From a virus (lineage: Duplodnaviria; Caudoviricetes): a DNA stretch of 43,628 nucleotides. The position numbers were made by a program, and so were the translations under genes. A model generated the notes under the pieces. It made no database searches and was not told the origin of the DNA. It saw only the letters and a list, made by a program, of their open reading frames with translations. Shown piece by piece: positions 40,211 through 43,628 of the stretch. The DNA lies in IMG/VR virus record IMGVR_UViG_3300032295_004586, positions 1 through 43,628 of that record; one strand, 5' to 3'. Position 1 is the stretch's first letter, and every line of letters begins with the position of its first letter.

Positions 40211-41005
40211 TTAAATTAGATTTATAAGTTTATTTTGAAATACATTCATATCTTCTTTTGATATCTTATCAAATGTATCTTCCATACTATGGCATAAAGC
40301 CCAAATATGTGGATAACCTGTATTTTCAGATGCTACCTTTATGTCCTTATCATCTAAAATACCTATACACATTGAGGGCACATCATGTATAGCTAAAACA
40401 TATGCATCGTTAAATGGTGTGGCTACTTTATGTGCATCAAGCATCTTAATATATTTTTCACATGCATCTGGATACTTTTCGAAAGTACTTACCCAAATAT
40501 GTTCCCCTAATCCAGTAAGTTCCAGATTGATACAAATATCCAATTTTCCAAACGCTCCATTATGTATATCTTCAGACAATACTTGGCTACCACAGCAATA
40601 AAGATTTACATGTTCTTCTGAATCTACTAAAGCAAAATGCACTGGTCGTGATAGAGATTTATCTTTCAAAGTTTTTATCATTTCAAGTATGTGACATACT
40701 GAAGATGTATTATCCTGACAGTTTTCGGATATTTCATTATTAATATCATGGTGGGCTAAAAATAATATACCTTCGTTCTTATTTTCCATTCCAAACGAAA
40801 TGTAAAAATTTGTAAAGTATCTATCTTCAAAACCATTTACAACATAATGTTTTGTTACATATTCAATTTGAAAATAATCTAATATTTCCTTGATTTTTAA
40901 AAGTCTTGGTGTCCAAGTTGGTGCCTTTCTATTAAATGATGAGTGTGATTGTATCTGAGAAAACATTTCAAGTAGTTCATATGATGACATGCTATCAAAA
41001 TTCAT
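40211..41005 (-). CDS. M28-family zinc peptidase
   Basis: AHHD, DNTSSV, DSEE, INLELTG and C-terminal H...DT metal-ligand pattern. Confidence 0.75.
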   Translation of the reverse strand: MNFDSMSSYELLEMFSQIQSHSSFNRKAPTWTPRLLKIKEILDYFQIEYVTKHYVVNGFEDRYFTNFYISFGMENKNEGILFLAHHDINNEISENCQDNTSSVCHILEMIKTLKDKSLSRPVHFALVDSEEHVNLYCCGSQVLSEDIHNGAFGKLDICINLELTGLGEHIWVSTFEKYPDACEKYIKMLDAHKVATPFNDAYVLAIHDVPSMCIGILDDKDIKVASENTGYPHIWALCHSMEDTFDKISKEDMNVFQNKLINLI

Positions 41006-41050
41006 AAATAATCCAAAAAGTAATACAAAAATAAAAAAACAAAAAAAATT

Positions 41051-41440
41051 GTGGAGGTGAGGGGAATCGAACCCCTGTCTTAACTTCCAAGTTACTAGAA
41101 CACTACAACCATAGCTCTTTATTGATAAGTTTTCTATTTAGACAAAGAGCAGCCGATAGAAACTTTGCTTTCTAAAGTTCATCATAAATCGAAAGCTACT
41201 TATGATATATGTCGTTATAAGCGACAGGTGATATAATGAGAACGACCACAAATTATAACACCTGGAATCAAGCCGCTATTGCGTATTGATTCGAAGATAC
41301 TTCAACCATTGGATAATGATTGAAAATATGTGTGTTTGTGCCAGTTATAGCTTACCCAGTTGTATTAACGTGCTCCACCGAGTATCAGCACGGGTTGCTT
41401 CTTGGTGCGTCAAAAGCCAATCGAAACCAATGACACCCCC
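41051..41440 (-). ncRNA. ssrA: tmRNA (about 390 nt)
   Basis: 5' GGGGGTG pairs with 3' CACCTCC-A including the G3-U Ala determinant; T-arm GGGG-TTCGATT-CCCC; PK1 stems CGTGCT/AGCACG and ACTCGGT/ACTGGGT; resume context ATAACT-GGC; tag ORF 41342-41268 = GTNTHIFNHYPMVEVSSNQYAIAA*. CCA is not fully encoded (reads A-CAA). Confidence 0.95.
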
Positions 41441-41458
41441 ATATCAAAGAACATTGAG

Positions 41459-41466
41459 TATATATC
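41459..41466 (-). promoter_or_regulatory. GATATATA candidate late promoter upstream of tmRNA
   Basis: Exact octamer 18 nt upstream of the mature 5' end. Confidence 0.5.
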
Positions 41467-41482
41467 ATTCATATACTCTTCA

Positions 41483-41514
41483 CAAAGATAATAAAAAAAT
41501 TTGAATTGTGCAAA
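41483..41514 (-). promoter_or_regulatory. Bacteroidota-type sigma70 promoter upstream of tmRNA
   Basis: TTTG (41514-41511), 20-nt spacer, TATCTTTG (41490-41483). Confidence 0.7.
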
Positions 41515-41520
41515 TATTTT

Positions 41521-41922
41521 TTAAAAGATAGAATCAAAGAAGCCGTGGGAAAATGCAGATCTATTTACGAATCTATTAAATTTATTACCTTTTAATTGTT
41601 CGTTTTCTTCTAAAAGTTCAAGAGTTCTGTAAAAGTAAGAAACACCTCTTTTAATATCTCGGTCTTCTTCAACGAAGAATATACATTCATCGAGAGATAT
41701 AGCTGCCCAGTCTATATTTGTATATGTATAATTCTCTTCATCTGTTTTATAGTAAATCTTTAAAAAACCAAAAATACTTTTATGTATATAAATATTTTTT
41801 TGATAACCAGAAACAAAAATCTGAACAATGTTTTTCTTCGTAGACTTAATTTTACATTTATCGGTATAAACAGTCCAATTCTTTTGTCTATTATTCCAGC
41901 CTATAGAAACTACATTGAACAT
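41521..41922 (-). CDS. Hypothetical protein (133 aa)
   Basis: ATG ORF filling the gap upstream of the tmRNA. Confidence 0.65.
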   Translation of the reverse strand: MFNVVSIGWNNRQKNWTVYTDKCKIKSTKKNIVQIFVSGYQKNIYIHKSIFGFLKIYYKTDEENYTYTNIDWAAISLDECIFFVEEDRDIKRGVSYFYRTLELLEENEQLKGNKFNRFVNRSAFSHGFFDSIF

Positions 41923-41941
41923 ATTTTAAGATTCAATTTTA

Positions 41942-41949
41942 GATATATA
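41942..41949 (+). promoter_or_regulatory. GATATATA candidate late promoter
   Basis: Exact octamer 59 nt upstream of the ATG at 42009. Confidence 0.5.
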
Positions 41950-42008
41950 TGATTGTTCTAAAATTTGCTTAGTAGAAATTTATAGTGTTAGAAAAATAAT
42001 TTTATAAA

Positions 42009-42596
42009 ATGGAAAAAATTAAACTTTTTCATGAATTCATTGCGGTCAATGAAACGACCTTCTCTAGAATAGCTCAAACTATGAAGGGTTTAGTTGAATC
42101 TATAGATACAGTAGGAATAATGACAGCTGAAAACCCCATGGGTGAAAAAATGTCAGCTGAATATAATGAATATATGCAATCAGAATTAAAAGGAATTTTG
42201 AGAGATAATAATTATGGATTCCATGAAGTTAAGGGAAAATATGGAAATGTAGAAAATTCATTAATAATACCGAATATCGGTAAAAACTTCATGATAAGTT
42301 TATGTGAAAAGTTTAATCAGGAATCTATAATATGGGGAGAGAAGGTAGAAGGTGATAAAATGAGATTCCATTATATTGAACAAGGTGGATCAGTTGTAGA
42401 ATCTATCGATGAAGTATTTGTAGGACAGGATGCTCAGAATAGAGAAGATTTCTTCACTTGGGTACAAACGAGAAAGTTCTATATTCCATTTTTTCAACAA
42501 GAAGATAAACCTAAAGAAAAAGAAAGATTCTTTAAATCTAGAGTATACCAAAGAAATCCAAAACATTCGAAAGATATATTTAACTTTGAAGATTAA
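42009..42596 (+). CDS. DUF3293-like protein with possible capsid-targeting leader
   Basis: GIMTAENP...N......L...L......V.G.YG..E.S.II...FNQESII resembles DUF3293; N-terminus MEKIKLFHEFIAVNE. Confidence 0.6.
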   Translation: MEKIKLFHEFIAVNETTFSRIAQTMKGLVESIDTVGIMTAENPMGEKMSAEYNEYMQSELKGILRDNNYGFHEVKGKYGNVENSLIIPNIGKNFMISLCEKFNQESIIWGEKVEGDKMRFHYIEQGGSVVESIDEVFVGQDAQNREDFFTWVQTRKFYIPFFQQEDKPKEKERFFKSRVYQRNPKHSKDIFNFED

Positions 42597-42829
42597 ATCT
42601 GATTGTAAATTCGATTAAATATACCCCATCCTTCCATAAGAGTTTTACAGGTTTCTGGGAACTGTATATTTTTTGGTAAATTAAAATAAGCGTGAAGATC
42701 GAAACCTTCTTTTGCGTTAGCCCTTCTGAGCATAAAGCCAATTTCTTCTCTAGTAGACTTATCTAAAACTTTGTAGTCCTTGGAATTAAATGCTTCTAAA
42801 ACAACGACTTCTTCGTAATAACCTTTCAT
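42593..42829 (-). CDS. Hypothetical protein (78 aa)
   Basis: ATG ORF with its own consensus promoter upstream. Confidence 0.65.
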   Translation of the reverse strand: MKGYYEEVVVLEAFNSKDYKVLDKSTREEIGFMLRRANAKEGFDLHAYFNLPKNIQFPETCKTLMEGWGIFNRIYNQI

Positions 42830-42883
42830 ATTATTTATTATATTTTTACTAATGATATAATTGTTATTAAATTAAAATGTGTA

Positions 42884-42915
42884 CAAAGATAATAGAATCT
42901 GACTACATATGCAAA
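42884..42915 (-). promoter_or_regulatory. Bacteroidota-type sigma70 promoter
   Basis: TTTG (42915-42912), 20-nt spacer, TATCTTTG (42891-42884). Confidence 0.7.
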
Positions 42916-43049
42916 AAATATTTTAATAATAATAAAATATAGAAGCACAAAATATTTGGATAATAATAAAAAAATGTCGATATTAGTAGAACAAATGTTT
43001 ATAAAGAACTAGATTATAAGTAGAAATTATCCACTATTATTATAAAAAT

Positions 43050-43628
43050 ATGAAATCGCATTTAATCCCTTATGTCATTGAGCAAAGTTCAAGAGGTGAA
43101 CGATCATATGATATCTTTTCTAGACTGCTCAAGGAGAGAATTATTTTTTTGGGAACTGCAATTGACGATGATGTTTCATCTATCGTAATCGCTCAATTAT
43201 TGTTTTTGCAATCAGAAGATCCAAACAAAGATATACATCTTTATATAAACTCCCCAGGTGGCAGCGTAAGTGCTGGTATGGCTATTTATGATACCATGCA
43301 ATATATTAAACCTGACGTATCTACAATGTGTGTGGGTATGGCTGCTTCTATGGGTCAAGTTCTTTTGACAGCAGGTGCTAAAGGAAAACGTTATGCGTTA
43401 CCTCACTCTAGAGTTATGATGCATCAGCCTTTAGGTGGAACTCAAGGTCAAGCTTCGGATATTGAAATTTATACGAGAGAGATGATAAAAATTAGAGAAA
43501 GCTTGTATAATGTTATTTCAAAACACACTGGTCAATCAGTTGACAAAATTATGCAAGATGCTGATAGAGATAATTGGATGTCATCCCAAGATGCTCTGAA
43601 TTATGGTATAATTGATAAAATTCTATAA
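43050..43628 (+). CDS. clpP: ATP-dependent Clp protease proteolytic subunit
   Basis: [27 protein letters not shown], catalytic Ser (GMAASMG), His (MMHQP) and Asp (DRDNW); complete, with the stop at the window end. Confidence 0.96.
   Translation: MKSHLIPYVIEQSSRGERSYDIFSRLLKERIIFLGTAIDDDVSSIVIAQLLFLQSEDPNKDIHLYINSPGGSVSAGMAIYDTMQYIKPDVSTMCVGMAASMGQVLLTAGAKGKRYALPHSRVMMHQPLGGTQGQASDIEIYTREMIKIRESLYNVISKHTGQSVDKIMQDADRDNWMSSQDALNYGIIDKIL

Noticed and set aside
41051-41080. tRNA gene or prophage attachment site
   Set aside because: The tRNA-like end belongs to a full tmRNA with matching 5' end and tag; no integrase or duplicated 3' fragment is seen in the window.
41286-41504. 72-aa plus-strand ORF
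   Set aside because: Antisense to the tmRNA, with a non-ATG start.
43050-43628. ClpP as the prohead maturation protease
   Set aside because: It closely resembles cellular ClpP and is not beside portal or capsid genes here; T4-like phages normally use a gp21-type protease. Not fully excluded because the window ends at its stop.
39229-43628. Bacterial chromosome flank or chimeric assembly (rmlB, ssrA, clpP are host-like)
   Set aside because: Composition looks the same as the rest, phage-like small ORFs are interspersed, the GATATATA motif continues through the block, and no usual neighbours (tig, rmlA/C, smpB) are present.

Overview
AT-rich, gene-dense segment of a large T4-like (myovirus-type, probably jumbo) phage genome, read in the standard genetic code. 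It contains: a collagen-like fibre and several very large putative virion proteins; a replication operon (sliding clamp, the C-terminal half only of a family-B DNA polymerase, UvsX/RecA, gp41/DnaB-like helicase, gp33-like late-transcription coactivator); scattered neck/tail/baseplate genes (gp14-, gp3-, gp5-, gp13-like, possible TerS); and an accessory block with RmlB, an M28 peptidase, a complete tmRNA with a 24-aa tag, a DUF3293-like protein and ClpP. TTTG-N20-TAnnTTTG promoters and the lack of obvious Shine-Dalgarno sites point to a Bacteroidota/FCB-group host. Best leads: (1) a tmRNA + ClpP + peptidase cluster that could form a phage tag-and-degrade module; (2) a recurring, correctly oriented intergenic octamer GATATATA, a candidate late promoter, alongside clamp and gp33-like genes; (3) a split PolB whose N-terminal half is not in this window; (4) an apparently catalytically dead RmlD-like protein. 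All family assignments are by motif recognition from memory; no database search was run.
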